Part shown: in pieces, positions 13,601 through 28,600 of the stretch
Layout of the letters: every line of letters begins with the position of its first letter
Position numbering within the stretch: the stretch's first letter is position 1
DNA from: Ascidiella aspersa
Taxonomy: Eukaryota
Direction: 5' to 3'
DNA: 64,000 nt
Assembly (NCBI GenBank): GCA_963924565.1
Contig: OZ004611.1
Location: forward strand, 21,452,001-21,516,000
Notes under the pieces: generated by a model
Databases searched by the model: none
Told to the model about the DNA's origin: nothing
What the model saw: the letters and a program-made list of their open reading frames with translations, nothing else
Position numbers and translations under genes: made by a program

Positions 13601-16600
13601 TTTTCACTTTTTCTTCCTTTCGAATCGATTGCATAAACTCGTATTTGATAAAACGAGCCGGTTGACAGGTTTTCCACCAAAGTGAAGTTATCTGTCGTCA
13701 TCAGATGTTGTGTGTTGTTGGAATTGAGGTAAAATACTTCAATAGCGTAGTCCGTTGCACCTGAATGAGATAAAAAACCAGAGCATATTATTGGAGCAAG
13801 CAGTTTTGCAACGTGTAGAATACATTTCTACACGTATAAAATAAATTGGGTATGGAGTTAGTTTGAAACTACCCTAGTTCGACTCCGGCAAAATTAATCC
13901 CGGCTTCGACTCTGCAGCCTGAGTAATGCATACAGGTTCAAAATTTTAACATCTTTTTGCCAGTGCCCACAACCGTATCTAAATCTATATATTAATACAA
14001 ACCACTTTCCGTAACGCTTATAGAACACATTTGTTTCTAAATCCAGGCATGATGGCAAAACAGTAATTGTCGAGTTTAGGTTTTTTAATTGTGATTTTAA
14101 TTTACGTTTTGTCAGAAGAAGTATATACAAGCACCACATGTACGTGTTTCCCGTCTCGCTCCTCTCCTAGGTAGCTCAGTTGGTGGGGAACGGTCCCGGT
14201 ATAACTGGAGGTCGTGAGTTCGAACCTAACTGCAGGCTAGTTAGCCTGCCCTGCTTGCATCATTTATCGACACATTGCTAGTCTTCGATGGCTTTCGGTG
14301 TACTATGATCGGTCAAAAAGGGCTAGACACAGTTGTTAAACACGTTTATGTGTTTGTATCTTTCAACTCAAGCAAGGGATAGACATTTTGGCTTTCTATG
14401 CGTTCTGGTTTGTGGTGGTAGGTAGGGCTAATCGTAAATCGAAATTACAGCTGTTGAACAATGGTGATTTACCTTTCACAAGTCGCCACTCTACCAGCAG
14501 TGTGGTGTTGCCCACTTCCTTTATGATAGGCTGATCGGGATTCGCCGGTACTGCAATAAGAAAAATAAAATTCGCAGTGTTTTCATCGCGTTGTGGGACA
14601 GACCGCATCTCGTTCTTTCGATAGAAAATTTTCTTTTCGATAAATTTTTTTTTGGTATATCGTCACATAAGTATAATGCAATACGAAAAAATTACTTAGA
14701 TTTCGCGTTAATTCGGTTAATTAAAAAACTTTTACAAATGTATGTTTATTAAACAAATAAAAGGTGGTAAAACACCTTCTATCTAAAAAAGTAAAAAAAA
14801 AACAGCACTCCAATGTTGTTTTTCGCCGTTACTCATTTTGAGGATAATTTTATAAAAGCATGTTTGTTGTAGAAATAACCACAATCAAATTAGAACAATT
14901 TGGACATACGACCTATTCATGGGCATTCTTACTTATGAGCGACTTTTACAATTGTCGTTTGGGATAATTTTGTAAAAGCATGTTTATTGTAGAAATAGCC
15001 ACAATCCAATTAGAGCATTTTGCGCATACGACCTACTAGCATCCTTACTTCAGTTTTGACTTTTTAACTGTTTGCAAGACTTACGCGTGGATTCCGCTAT
15101 GGCTTCGCTTTCCAGGCTGCGATGCATTTGCTCACCAACCGCCGTGACTGTAAAGGTAAATGGTGACCCCGAAGGCAGCTGCTGGAATAGAGTGGACGTC
15201 TGTGACGTCACGAAAACTTCTTCAGAATCGTCATCGGTCGATTTTATTTTTACCGAATAATTGGCGGCTCCTAAATAAAACATATTGATATTACTGAAGG
15301 TAATTTACAATGAAACGCTGAATTGTTTTAGGTGAATACAAAGATTTAATATATAAACTTGCTACCAGGCATAATACTTATCACAATGGCTAATTTGGAA
15401 ATTATTTTGTAATATAACATTTCGATAAGCTACACAGGTCGCCTTCTTTCAAGGTAAATTACACCGAATGTTCACAAATACAATGCATGACAAAATACAA
15501 GACAACAAAAAGAAAAACAAACACAGATTCAATTATGTAAAGTTATAAACTAATCAATATTTTAATTATAAACAAGCTAGTACATACATAATGTCCCCCG
15601 ATATATCATTAGAGAAAGTTTATTTAAAAAAAAGTATTTTTACTTAAAATTTTTGTTTGCTTTGGGTAGTTAGTTGTTACTAAAACTACTTACCTGAAAA
15701 TGTTAAATAGTATAGAACACTGTACTTCAACGTTAAAAAAGTGATAGAAATGTTGCTTACCTTGAACACTATCCCATTCGATTCCAATGCTTGAGTTACT
15801 GACGTGATACACAAGAATGTTGCTTGGCATAAGAGGAACTGCGAATATATCAAAAATTTAGTTAAATCTCAGATGTTTCGAAGCTTGACACATGGACAAC
15901 AGTCTTCGAACACTATAAACCAGTGGCTAATATTGCCTAAATTCACTGATAACAAACTAGTTACCGGTTTGAAATCTTGCTCTTTCGCTTCGCCCAGGAT
16001 TTGTTTTGTTTTTAACACCAACTGACGTAACCGTGACGTCATACCAAGTGCCTGTTGACAGTCCGACAATGTTAACGTTAGCCTCGCCAGCTTCCAGGAT
16101 TCTCGAATCGTTAGTCGAAGTGATGAACAAGATGTAAGACACAGCTCCTGAAACATAAAATTATAAACTTCAATATTGCTTGTCATACAAATGTTACATG
16201 TGCATTGCAACATGAATTTAAAGCTTGCATGGCTTACTAAATTTGCTATAGTTACGGCCATAGTTTAGTAACTGTTTTACATTTTTTCTATTCAGCTTAC
16301 TATTAAAAAACTACAGCCGTTGGATATAGACTACACCGATTTAATTAAAATTAAAAACCGTAGCCATTTAATGTTCAAATATAATAGTAAAACCTAGTAA
16401 CGACACTATAGTCGATTTGTTTGTAGTATTTACATTTTTTCGCGATTTAAAATAAAAGTGTATGATAACCAGTAAATCTGGATCAGTGAACATTTTTGAC
16501 AAAATAGATTTTAAGAGAATAAATAATTAGAAACTTTTTCAAATCGTGTTGTTCAGTGAAATTCAGATGACAAAAAGCCATAATGTAAACGACTTTAGGC

Positions 16601-19600
16601 TTTTGAATTTTCACCAAGAAAATGATTAACATCATACAATGAACACTTTTTATGTCTTGGCTGAATTCAAATCTCATTTTATGTCGTACCTTTCACTTCC
16701 TTCCAGCTCAAGCTAACGTCTGTGATCCCAACTTCATTGACGTTAGGTTTTTTAGGTAGCGAAGGCACGGTGGTGACCGTTACTTGTTCGCTTGCTTCAC
16801 TCAACCTGTTTTCTTCACCGACACTTTTCAATGCGAACCGGTAAGTCGTCCCACTCTTCAATCCCGATACAGCGCTAATAAGCTTGGTCGTTTCTATTAT
16901 AGCCGTTTCGTTGCTCTCAGCTGCGCCGTATTCGATAAGGTAGGAGGCCGCACCTGTAGCGTATTAGCACAAAAAATGGTTACATTTCAAATAGAAATCA
17001 GTGGACGCTATGTATAACAGAAAATACCGCGTGAACTTTAAGTCCAATGAGTGTGTTTAATTAAACGTAGACTTAACATAAACAGATTAAACCAGGGGTT
17101 CTTAGTTTTTTTTTACCGCGGACCCCTAATTTATTTTTCGCTTCGTGTGGACGGTAGTTGAGGAATATTCAAAGATGACGTCATACATTGACGCCAAAAT
17201 AAAGGTAAATTCCAGAAATCTGCTTATTTAGATCCAAAAAATCTGTTAGTTAAATGGAGTCCAATCAGTGCTGAAACGTTTTATTTTATATTTATTTTTT
17301 TTTCAAACTATTATGTTTGAAAATTGGTTACTCCTTGAAAATTTGGTTACTCCTCCTTAAATATACACTAACATTTCAATTAGGCCTTCATGAACCCACT
17401 AAAACTAGTTCACGGACCCCAAGGGATCCATGGCCCCAGTTTAAGAACCCCTGGATTAAACGAACTCACCAAATACTTCATTCCATTCCAAAATCAGAGA
17501 CGAAGTCGTTATATTTATTACGGTAGTTCCCGATGGAGCAACAGTAACTGAAATAAACACCAGCCATTATTGTTAACGCGTAAGTTCTTTGATCGAGCAT
17601 CTAAGTGCAAAAGTATTTTACCAGTTTGAAGTTGTATCTTGTCGCTTCCTCTCTCGTTTATCCGATCCTTGATTCCGACAGAGAAGACGACCAACTCGTA
17701 CCACGTGCCCGGCTCTAAGCCAATCACGTTCGCTACTGGCGACCTCGATTCCAATATTTGTGCAACGTCATCGGTTCCGCTAACGCGATAAAACACTTGA
17801 TATTTTAAAGCGCCTGAAATAAATAAATTGCAATTCACATAATTACTCTGTGAATGTGTATAGCTATTTTTGTCGGAGGTGAACCTACAACGTTTAACAT
17901 TAGTTTGTTAAGCATAAAAGCGACTAAACCTTGTGAAAATGTAAGTAAAATTGGTTATATGAGAGTTTTCGTGTCACCAAAGCATTTTCTCGTAGCACTC
18001 GGGCAACCTGTTTACCATACGATCTTAATAGTGATAAGTTTGAGTTTTTCTAAACACAGTTTCCGTTTAACTAGATTATGATTTTTATCGTCGGACTTTA
18101 TTATAACGTCGGACTAGATGATAATTTTTTTTCGTCCGGAAGTAGAGACGTTTATAATACTGCATTCGGTTTGAAACCAGTTTCAATTATAAATGTGTTT
18201 TTTTGTTTCTGTGTTACCTCTCACAGATTGCCAACGAAGATGCGTCGACCTTGTTGTGACGTCATCAATTTCAACACTTGACGGAGTTTGTGGAACTGTA
18301 CAACAAAGCTAGGTATTAAAATAGCAATGACGTCATCATCAGTTCATGTATAAAACAACTACTTACGTGTCGATTCTTGTATTTCCCTACTCAGGGCACT
18401 TATTCGACTGGAAGTTCCAACTGTTTCGATTTGGATGACGTAGCTGGTTCCGGGGAGAAGATTTTCCAACAACGATGACGTCATGTTGACGTCAACTTTG
18501 CTGCGTGTCTGATTGTTGTCGACGGAATAATAGAAAACCCTGTAGGATTTCGCACCTGTAATAAAGTCTTAGTTTAACTTCTGGATTTAAAATATTTGGT
18601 TTCGAAACCGATTTTCGGCGGAATTACAAAGACAAAGGCACTAATGTAAACAGCATCAGGCTTTCCAATTCTGAATAACAAGAGTCGAATAAATCATAAA
18701 CAACATTTTATGAAAGAAGATTTTCGTAGCTACAATAATTTTCAATACAGAGGTGATATATTTTACCAAAGTAATATGACATTACGCCATAGTAGGTATA
18801 GACACAAAATAAAACGTTCTTATTGTGTACTAAAAATTCAGCAAAATGTTAAGAATTGGTCAGCAATTTTTATTACCGTAGGATGCATTCCACAAAACTT
18901 CAAGCGACGTCGTTGTTATACGATCGATTCTAACGTTACTTGGCGGCAAAGTTTCTGAAATCAAGTGTACGTTGTTAAAGCGAGTTAAAATTTGGTGGTG
19001 CAGGAAATTATATTTTTACCGGTTTGTACCGACGTCCTTTCGCTTTGCAGTGGATTGGTTTTGTTATCGACGCCGACTGACGTAAGAGTGACGTCATACC
19101 ACTGACCGGGATTTAAATCGGAAACGGTGATTGAGGATTGGTTGGTTTCCAATTCAAAGGACACGTTGTCGTATTTGACAAAAACAATATATCGAATTGC
19201 ACCTAAACATTAAAGTAATGATATTTAAACAAATAAAGATTTTTATGTTGTAATAAACAGGGCTGCGAAGTCGGTTAAAAATAACTCGGGTACTACTCCA
19301 GCCAAACGTGCGATTTTGTCGAGTCCTACTCTACAGCCTTTATTTTACACATTTACGTAACTTAAAGGTGGATATACCGGTACAGCAATCCACTCATGGG
19401 GGTGTCATTTAATTCATCCACCCACAATACATTGTTAAATATATTCAAGCTTATATTCTATTCCACCTTTAAAATATACAGATTGTAGCACTATCAGTTT
19501 CGAAATTTTGTCCTGCACATGCGCACGTCGGGCTCAGGACTCAGTCTTACGTGGGCATACTCGACTCTCGAATATGACTTCAGCAAAGCAAAACGGACTC

Positions 19601-22600
19601 CTTCGAGTCCCGAGCCCTGATAATACAACCAGCTGTGAAACAATACCTTTGACATTGTTCCATTGTAATCCAACGGACGTGGTGGTAATTTCTGTGACAT
19701 CAGCTTTATTTGGCAATGAAGGTACAGTGGTGTCTCTGATCTGAACGCTTGCTTCACTTATTCTCCCTTCGTCACCAATACTTTCAACCTTGAACCAGTG
19801 CTCGGTTCCACTTTCCAATCCAGTGACGTCATTCAGAGTGACGATGGTTTCGATGACGTTGGTGATATTGTCGTCGATCGAACCATATTCGATTAAGTAC
19901 GAAGCAGCACCAAAAACAACATCCCATTCCAACGTTAGCGACGATGTTGTTATGTTGAATATCTTGAGATTGGTTGGAGCAACAGTTACTGAAAATATGT
20001 ACATGTATTAAGTATAATGAATAATGATGATTAATTAATAAGTCATAGTTCAACATTGTTAAACGGGTTACAGATTCGGATAGAAAGCCTAACATTTGTT
20101 TGTTTAAATTGTATCTATGGTTGTTTTATGATTCATATGTCAGCAAAAATGGGGAAATATACTACAAATGGAATAAGTTGGGTATTTTTTAAATTCGATA
20201 GTTTTTTACTTGTTTGAAGTTGTATCTTGTCGCTTCCCCTCTCGTTTCGCCGATCCTTGATTCCGACAGAGAAGACGACAAACTCGTACCACGTGCCCGG
20301 CTCTAAGCCAGTCACATTCGCTTCTGGCGATCTCGATTCGAATATTTGTGCAACGTCATCGGTTCCGTTGACGCGATAAAATACTTGATATTTCAGCGCA
20401 CCTGGAAAGACAGATTTAATGATATCGCACTGCAAATTTATATACTTAAACATTTCAAAGGAGAGCGTGTTTCGCACCTTTTACATGTTGCCAACTTAAA
20501 GACGCCGAGGTAGTAGTGACGTCATCAATATCGACGCTCGAAGTAGTTTTTGGTTCTGAAATGAAAACTCGCATCAATTTCACAATATTTTATTTAAAAG
20601 ATTAGCTAAATAGAAAAAAAAATCTTACTGGTTGCTTCTCTTATCGGACTGCTTCTAACGCTAGACCTCTCCGACGTTCCAATCGTTTCAATTGTGATGA
20701 CGTAATGAGTACCTGATCTAAGCTTTGCCAATATCACTGTAGTAAGTGGAGTTGAGACATTTAGGAATGTTTGGTTATGATCGACGTCACGGTAACGGAT
20801 GACATACGACTTTGCACCTAAACATTTCAAAAAGGTTAATTCATATTCAGTCAAGCAACCACTCCAATTAAAAGACAATTGCGGAAGCGAAAATAAATAT
20901 GTTACTCTCTAAATGTTAAACACAGGTTTTGTACTTTACCGAATGATGCATTCCAAGCAAGTTTAAGTGAGCTCGTCGTGATTTGGACAACGTGTATATT
21001 ACTGGGTGGCAACGGTTCTGAAAATAGTTAAACAGGTTGTAAGGTTGCACGTTCAGAAAAAACTTCTTTATTCCTAACTTACCTGTTTGAACCGAAACCT
21101 TTTCGGTTCGCAGTGGATTTGTTCGGTTCTCAATGCCAACTGACGTAAGTGTGACGTCATACCACTGACCGGAAGTCAAACCAATGGCAGTTAAAGACGT
21201 GCCGTTTGTTTCCAATGTAAACGTGAGGTTGCCAAACTTGATAAAAGCAATGTAACTTAGAGCGCCTACAATACAATATGGCGTTAGGGCAATTCATATA
21301 GTTATAATTGTGGCAAGTAAAAGTGTTTACCCTTCACAGCGTTCCATTGAAACCCGATTGAATCAGTTTCAATGTAATTGATTTCCGGTTTATTTGGCAA
21401 TGAAGGGACTGTTGTGTCTTGGATCAGAACGCTTTCGTCACTAATTCTTCCTTCGTTTCCAATGCTCTTAACCTTAAACCAGAATTCAGTTCCGCTATTC
21501 AGTGCAGTGACGTCATTTGATACCCAGGTCGTTTCGATGACGTAGATGTCGTTATTATCAGTTGAACCGTATTGAATTAAATACGAAGTGGCTCCGAAAA
21601 CAACATCCCATTCCAATATTAGCGACGAAGTTGTTATTTTCGATATCTTGAGATTCGTTGGAGCAACAGTTACTGAAAATATAATGATGCTTACAAAGCT
21701 AGAATATATTATTTAATATATTGAGTGTAAAGACAATTTTAAAATCATTAGATAAGTTGGCTTACCAGTTTGAAGTTGTATCTTGTCGCTTCCTTTCTCG
21801 TTTCTCCGATCCTTGATTCCGACAGAGAAGACGACCAACTCGTACCACGTGCCCGGCTCTAAGCCAATCACGTTCGCTTCTGGCGATCTTGATTCGACTA
21901 TTTGTGCAACGTCATCGGTTCCGTTGACGCGATAAAATACTTGATATTTCAAAGCGCCTAAAAAGAAGATTTAATGTTATGGCACTGATTAACACAAACG
22001 TTTTATCTGCACACTTTGTAGTTACCTTTCATTGGTTGCCATCGCAATAACGCTGACGATGTTGTGACGTCATCAATGTTAACGCTGGATGTTGTTTGCG
22101 GTCCTTAATGACAAAGAACATATTCGTTTCGAAATCAATAAATTGTTTGATAATACAAAAGTTAACTGTTACGCGGAATGTATGAGAACCACAGAATATT
22201 TCAATGAGGGTTGTCTTAATATTGTAAAAGATATAATAAAATATTACAACAGCACAATTATTTTGGGCAAAATAAATACACTCTTTAAATAATTATTTTT
22301 AATGCACTACAAAATATTTACTTGTTGATTCCTTTATTATTTCACTTTGAGCGCTCGACCTTCCAGATGTGCCAATGGTTGTGATTCTGGTGACGTATTC
22401 TGTTCCGGGTGTGAGATTTTCCAATAACGATGACGTCATGTTTGTTGTAACATTAAACATTGTCTGGTTATCATCAGTGGCGTAATACCAAACCACATAT
22501 GACTGGGCACCTTGAAAAAAAAACACAATCAAATATTTTATACGATAAAACGAAGCATGTAATCAAATTTAATACAAAATATTAAAATCTTTTGTCCACT

Positions 22601-25600
22601 CAACTTACCGAATGATGCATTCCAAACAGCACTAAGCGATTTTGTTGTCGTTTCCACTATTTGTATGTTACTTGGTGGCAAAGGTTCTGCATAAAAAATA
22701 TTTATTATAGTATTCCAAGGGCAGTTGTTTGCTTTATTAGGGAAATGTGTATCTCACCTGTTTGAACCGACGCTTTATCGCTGCGCAATGGATTTGTCTT
22801 ATTCTCGACGCCCACGGATGTAAGCGTGACGTCATACCACTGACCAGGTGTTAAATCAATCGCAGTGACCGATGTTTGATTTGTTTCCAATGTAAAGGTT
22901 GTGTTGTCGTACTTGATGAAAGCGATGTAACGTTCAGCGCCTAAATATCAATGTTTTGATTGTACAATAATGTAGGAATATTAGGTATTTGTGAATGTGG
23001 TACCTTTTACATTATTCCATTGCAAACCAACCGACGTTGTTGTAATTGCTGTGATTTCGGGTTTGTTTGGTAATGAAGGAACAGTTGTGTCTCGAATTTC
23101 AACGCTGGCTGCGCTAATTCTTCCTTCGTCTCCAACACTTTTAACCTCGAACAAATATTCAGTTCCGCTTTCCAATGACGTCACTTCATTCAGTGTCAAG
23201 GTCGTTTCGATCACCTTTGTACTGTTGTCATCAACCGAACCATATTCGATTAAATATGAAGCCGCACCAAAAACCACATCCCATTCCAAGATTAGCGACG
23301 ATGTTGTTATGTTGAAGATCTTGAGATTGGTTGGAGCAACAGTTACTGAAAAATACAATTATATTTCGTTATAGACCATTTTCTATAACTAAATTTAAAC
23401 GAAAGATAACTTGAACTTTCTGAATCTCTACAACCTTAAAAGTTTCTATGTATTGAAAACTCAAGAGTAACAAAAATTAAACTTACCAGTTTGAAGTTGT
23501 ATCTTGTCGCTTCCTCTCTCGTTTATCCGATTCTTGATTCCGACAGAGAAGACGACCAACTCGTACCACGTGCCCGGCTTTAAGCCAATCACGTTCGCTT
23601 CTGGCGACCTCGATTCGTATATTTGTGCAACGTCATCGGTTCCGTTGACGCGAAAAAATACTTGATATTTCAAAGCGCCTACAAGAGAAGATTTTATGTT
23701 ATCGCATTGATTTACACGAAAGTTTTATCTTCACACTTCGTAGTTACCTTTCATAGGTTGCCATCGCAATAACGCTGACGATGTTGTGACGGCATCAATG
23801 TTAACGCTGGATGTTGTTTGAGGTCCTGGATGACACAAAACATATTTGTTTTCAAATCAATAAAAGGTTTGATAACAAAAAAGTTAACTGTTACGATGGA
23901 TTTATGAGAACCGAACAAAGTTATGTGGGTTGTCTTAATCATGAAAAGATATAATAAAATAATACAACTTGATAATTATTTTAGGCAAATTAAACACATG
24001 TTGTAAATCAGGGGTTCCCAACCTTTTTTACCCAAAAAAAGTAAACTCAAGATCAAGAAGTAGCTTTTTGCTGTACTATAGTTTTTTGTTTTGTTAAATC
24101 TTAGTTTATTTATTTTGTTAGAGTGGAGTAGACTTAGAGATGACAAATTAAAAAAATTATAATTTTTAAATTTTCTTATGACCCCCTAGGGCCTAGGGGG
24201 ACATAGCCCCCAGGTTGGAAACCCCTGCTTTAAATACTACTAAGTTCTTTAAGTGTACTGCAAAAATATTTACTTGTTGATTCGTTTATTATTTCACTTT
24301 GGACGCTCGATCTTCCAGATGTGCCAATGGTTTTGAGTCTGATGACGTATTCTGTTCCGGGTGTGAGATTTTCCAAAAGCGATGACGTCATGTTCGTTGT
24401 AACATTAAACATTGTCTGGTTATCATCAGTGGCGTAATACCAAACCACATATGACTGGGCACCTTGAAAAAAAAAAAACAATCAAATATTCCATACGATA
24501 AAACGAAACACGTAATCAAATTTAATACAGAATATTAAAATATTTTATCCACTCAAGTTACCGTATGATGCATTCCAAACAGCACTAAGCGATTTTGTTG
24601 TCGTTTCTATTATTTTTATGTTCCTTGGTGGCAAAGGTTCTGCATAAAAAATATTTATTATAGTATTCCAAGGGCAATCGTTTACTTTATTACGGAAAAC
24701 TGTATCTCACCTGTTTGAACCGACGCTTTATCGCTGCGCAATGGATTTGTCTTATTCTCGACGCCCACGGATGTAAGCGTGACGTCATACCACTGGCCAG
24801 GTGATAAGTCAATCGCAGTGACCGATGTTTGATTTGTTTCCAACGTAAAGGTTGTGTTGTCGTACTTAATGAAAGCGATGTAACGTACAGCACCTAAATA
24901 TCAATGTTTCGATTGTACAATAATGTAGGAATATTAGGTATTTGTGAATGTGGTACCTTTCACATTATTCCATTGCAAACCAACCGACGTTGTTGTAATT
25001 GCTGTGATTTCGGGTTTGTTTGGTAATGAAGGAACAGTTGTGTCTCGAATTTCAACGCTGGCTGCGCTAATTCTTCCTTCGTCGCTAACACTTTTAACCT
25101 CGAACAAATATTCAGTTCCACTTTCCAATGACGTCACTTCATTAAGTGTCAAGGTCGTTTCGATCACCTTTGTACTGTTGTCATCAACCGAACCATATTC
25201 GATTAAATATGAAGCAGCACCAAAAACCACATCCCATTCCAACATTAGCGACGATGTTGTTATGTTGAAGATCTTGAGATTGGTTGGAGCAACAGTTACT
25301 GAAAAATACAATTATATTTTGGTACAGCATAACTCACCATTTTTAATACCTAAATTTGAACGAAGGATAACTTGAACTTTCTGAATCTCTACAACCTTAA
25401 AAGTTTCTATGTATTGAAAACTCAAGAGTAACAAAAATTAAACTTACCAGTTTGAAGTTGTATCTTGTCGCTTCCTCTCTCGTTTCTCCGATCCTTGATT
25501 CCGACAGAGAAGACGACCAACTCGTACCACGTGCCCGGCTCTAAGCCAATCACGTTCGCTTCTGGCGACTTCGATTCGAATATTTGTGCAACGTCATCGG

Positions 25601-28600
25601 TCCCGCTGACGCGATAAAGCACTTGATATTTTAGAGCTCCTATATAAAGAATACAATTTTAACATGATATTTTTTTAATTTTGTGTTGTGTATGACAAAA
25701 CAAGTTATATATTAATAAGTTTTTGTACCGATAGTTTAGTGATATATTTCATACATGATTTGTAAGTAGAAAGTAATACCTTTCATTTGCTGCCAGCTGA
25801 TCAAAGCAGACCCAGTCGTGACGTCATCGATTAAAACGACTGGCGTAGTATCGGGAACTAAAAAATAAATACCGTAACCAATGGTCAGTTTTTCTTTTTT
25901 TGAAAATCATTTTGCCAAAATCGCTTTACTAAACTTACGAGTGGTTTCGTTTAGTTGACCGCTAGGAGCGCTCACGCGACCGGAAGTGCCGATTGTCTCC
26001 AAAGTGATGACGTAAGCGCTTCCCGGACTTAGGTTTTGCAAAACCAGTGACGTAACATTCGTTGTTTGGTTCATAAAAGCGCTGTCTCCTACTTGATAAT
26101 ACCGAACGACGTATTTTTCTGCTCCTGCAAGTAATAAACATGACATGTACATTACATTGTACAATGTACTTCCGCGATGACAAGATTTAAAAACACAGAA
26201 AAACCCGAACAGTTGGAATTCACCTGTCTCCTAAATCAAAATTTAAACAAATCAATGCAAAATTGTTCTAGTTACCTTGCGATGCATTCCATTTCAAGTC
26301 AAAACTCGTCGTTTTGATCTCTGTTATCTTCAGAGCACTGGGTGGCAGTGGTACTGGGAGAAAAACATTGCAAATTTTTTTAAATACATTATACCCTTTG
26401 GGTAACGCAAGTATTTTACGGAATGCTTGAGCCAAGTTGACTTAATTTAAGAAATACTGTATATATGACAAAAAAACTTGAAAAAAAAAAAAAAAAAATT
26501 CTGTTCTGACAAAAAATGTATTGAAAAGAAGATATGACAAGATGAGAAGATCGACATGATATAGATTAGGACGTTTCGTTACGAACTTGTATCATTTAGT
26601 TAACGAATTAAGACGTTAATGACATTGACCTTTTTGGCTCTGCAATTTATTATCAAGCTACATTACATCCGTGTATAGTGTACAAAAAAAGATAACATAA
26701 TCCATTATAGTTTTAAAAGTATGCAAAGCCAAGTGTCATGTTCGCCTTATTTTTACCCATTTTAAATTGCCAACTACCTAAACGTTTGAAATCCCTAATT
26801 AGAAGAGGCTTTACCCGTTTGAGTTTGAGTGAAAACCGACGCATTGGAGTTGGTGACATCGAGATCACCAATTGATGTGACAAAGAACTTGTACCACATT
26901 CCTGGAGACAACTTGTCGATAGTAATGTTCGACTGAGTAGTGGTAAGGTTATCAATGGATGCATCTGATAACGATCGAACGTGCACCTTGTATGACTTCG
27001 CTCCTGAAATAGTAGAAGACTTATTACTGAACTAATTCATTTGATATACAAATGAGCATGGCTGTAACCTAGTCCTCAAGTCGGACTGACCAAAGATTTT
27101 TATGGTAGACTGACAAAAAACGCCTACTGAAACATGTAGGCCTGAGGATTTCTCATAACAGTAAGACAAAAAGTAGCCTTCTGTAAAATTTGAAATCACG
27201 ACATCGGTATGGACTAACAATAGGGTGAAAATTAATTACTTTGTCGCACACAAAAGACTAAGAAATTAACATTTGTAAACATTTGTGTATTACGAACATA
27301 TCGAAATATTCTTACCTTTCACTTTTTCCCAGTTGATTGTAACGCTTGTAGTGCTTGCAGACTGAACTGCGATGCTTTTAACATTTCCCGGCACTAAAAC
27401 ACACAACATAGTTAAACCACCAAACCTATACAACTGACTGTCTATGGCAGAATTTAAAGAGCCAAGGACATTTAAATGCAACTTAACTTCTAGCCAGGAG
27501 AGATTTCAGATATGCAAAATGATTCGTGTTGTAACTAAGTATAATCGATATTATCGTATCAAAGCCGAAACCAAAACCCATTTAGCAGTATCAGTACTCG
27601 AACAATGTTAGATAGACTGGTTCAGTGTAGATGCGATACCACATTAATCTAAAAACTTCAGCCATGGTTTGCCATTTTTCACTTGGAAAGTATATTTAAT
27701 CTTGTTGGCGGATCAGGTCCGCTGTTCTTTTGCCTACAATATCGGGTTTGAAATAAGATACCACGAGTCGGACACACTCACACGTTGCTCTTATAGCTTC
27801 GCTGCTACGTTCGCTGACGAGGGAATCGACGAAGCCCACCGCCTTTATCCAGGCCGTGTGAGCGGTTCCCGGCTCCAGTGACGTCATATGATATGACGTC
27901 ACGTTGACCTTTCGCGTCACGATTTCGCTAGATACGCCGTCAAGTGTGTGCGACACGGAGATAAGGTACGACGAGGCCCCTGAAAGAATAATGTTTTATT
28001 AAAAAAATGCTTTTCAAATTGTTTGTGTAAGTAAATTTGGAATATGGAGCGTTGCGAAACTTTAAAAGGGATGGATGATGGGATGATTTTTAGAAAAATT
28101 TCAACTTTTTACCTGTTACATCATTCCAGGAAAGCTCCATTGAGTGAACAGACACCTTGCTGAATTCCACATTCGTCGGGAATTCTGGCACTGGACAGTA
28201 AAGATGAAATAAAACGTTTAAGATCCCGAATTGTCAAAGTATTTGAGCTGAAAGGTCTTTTGTTTTACATGAAAAAATCTTATAAAAGTTTGAACCTTTA
28301 AAAAAAAGTAAGTACGTTTGTCATTAAACTCGTAACCGAGTTAACTGTAAAGTCTAACAGCCTGTTTATAAATTACATCATATTACCGTATGATGCATTT
28401 TTGCAGTAATAAAAAAAAAATTGAACCGGCCAAAGTCGCAAAAAGTACGGCAATTAAACACGAACCAGTCTGCTGTGCCGTATATGGACTCCCATCCTCG
28501 CTCTCACGGCCTTTTTCGTCGACGGCATAGACCCGAAATCGGTAGAACAAACCAGCATTGAGGTACGCCACCACAATGTTGTCGGTCGGCCATTCCAACT

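Noticed and set aside
14170-14240. Possible tRNA gene
   Set aside because: Box A and B are present, but there is no full cloverleaf or acceptor stem, and it is embedded in a dispersed repeat with several diverged copies.
22991-25375. Plus-strand ORFs of 127-143 aa (22991-23374, 24944-25375) and similar ones (19790, 15072, 59968)
   Set aside because: Antisense shadows of the minus-strand FN3 exons, with no independent coding signal.
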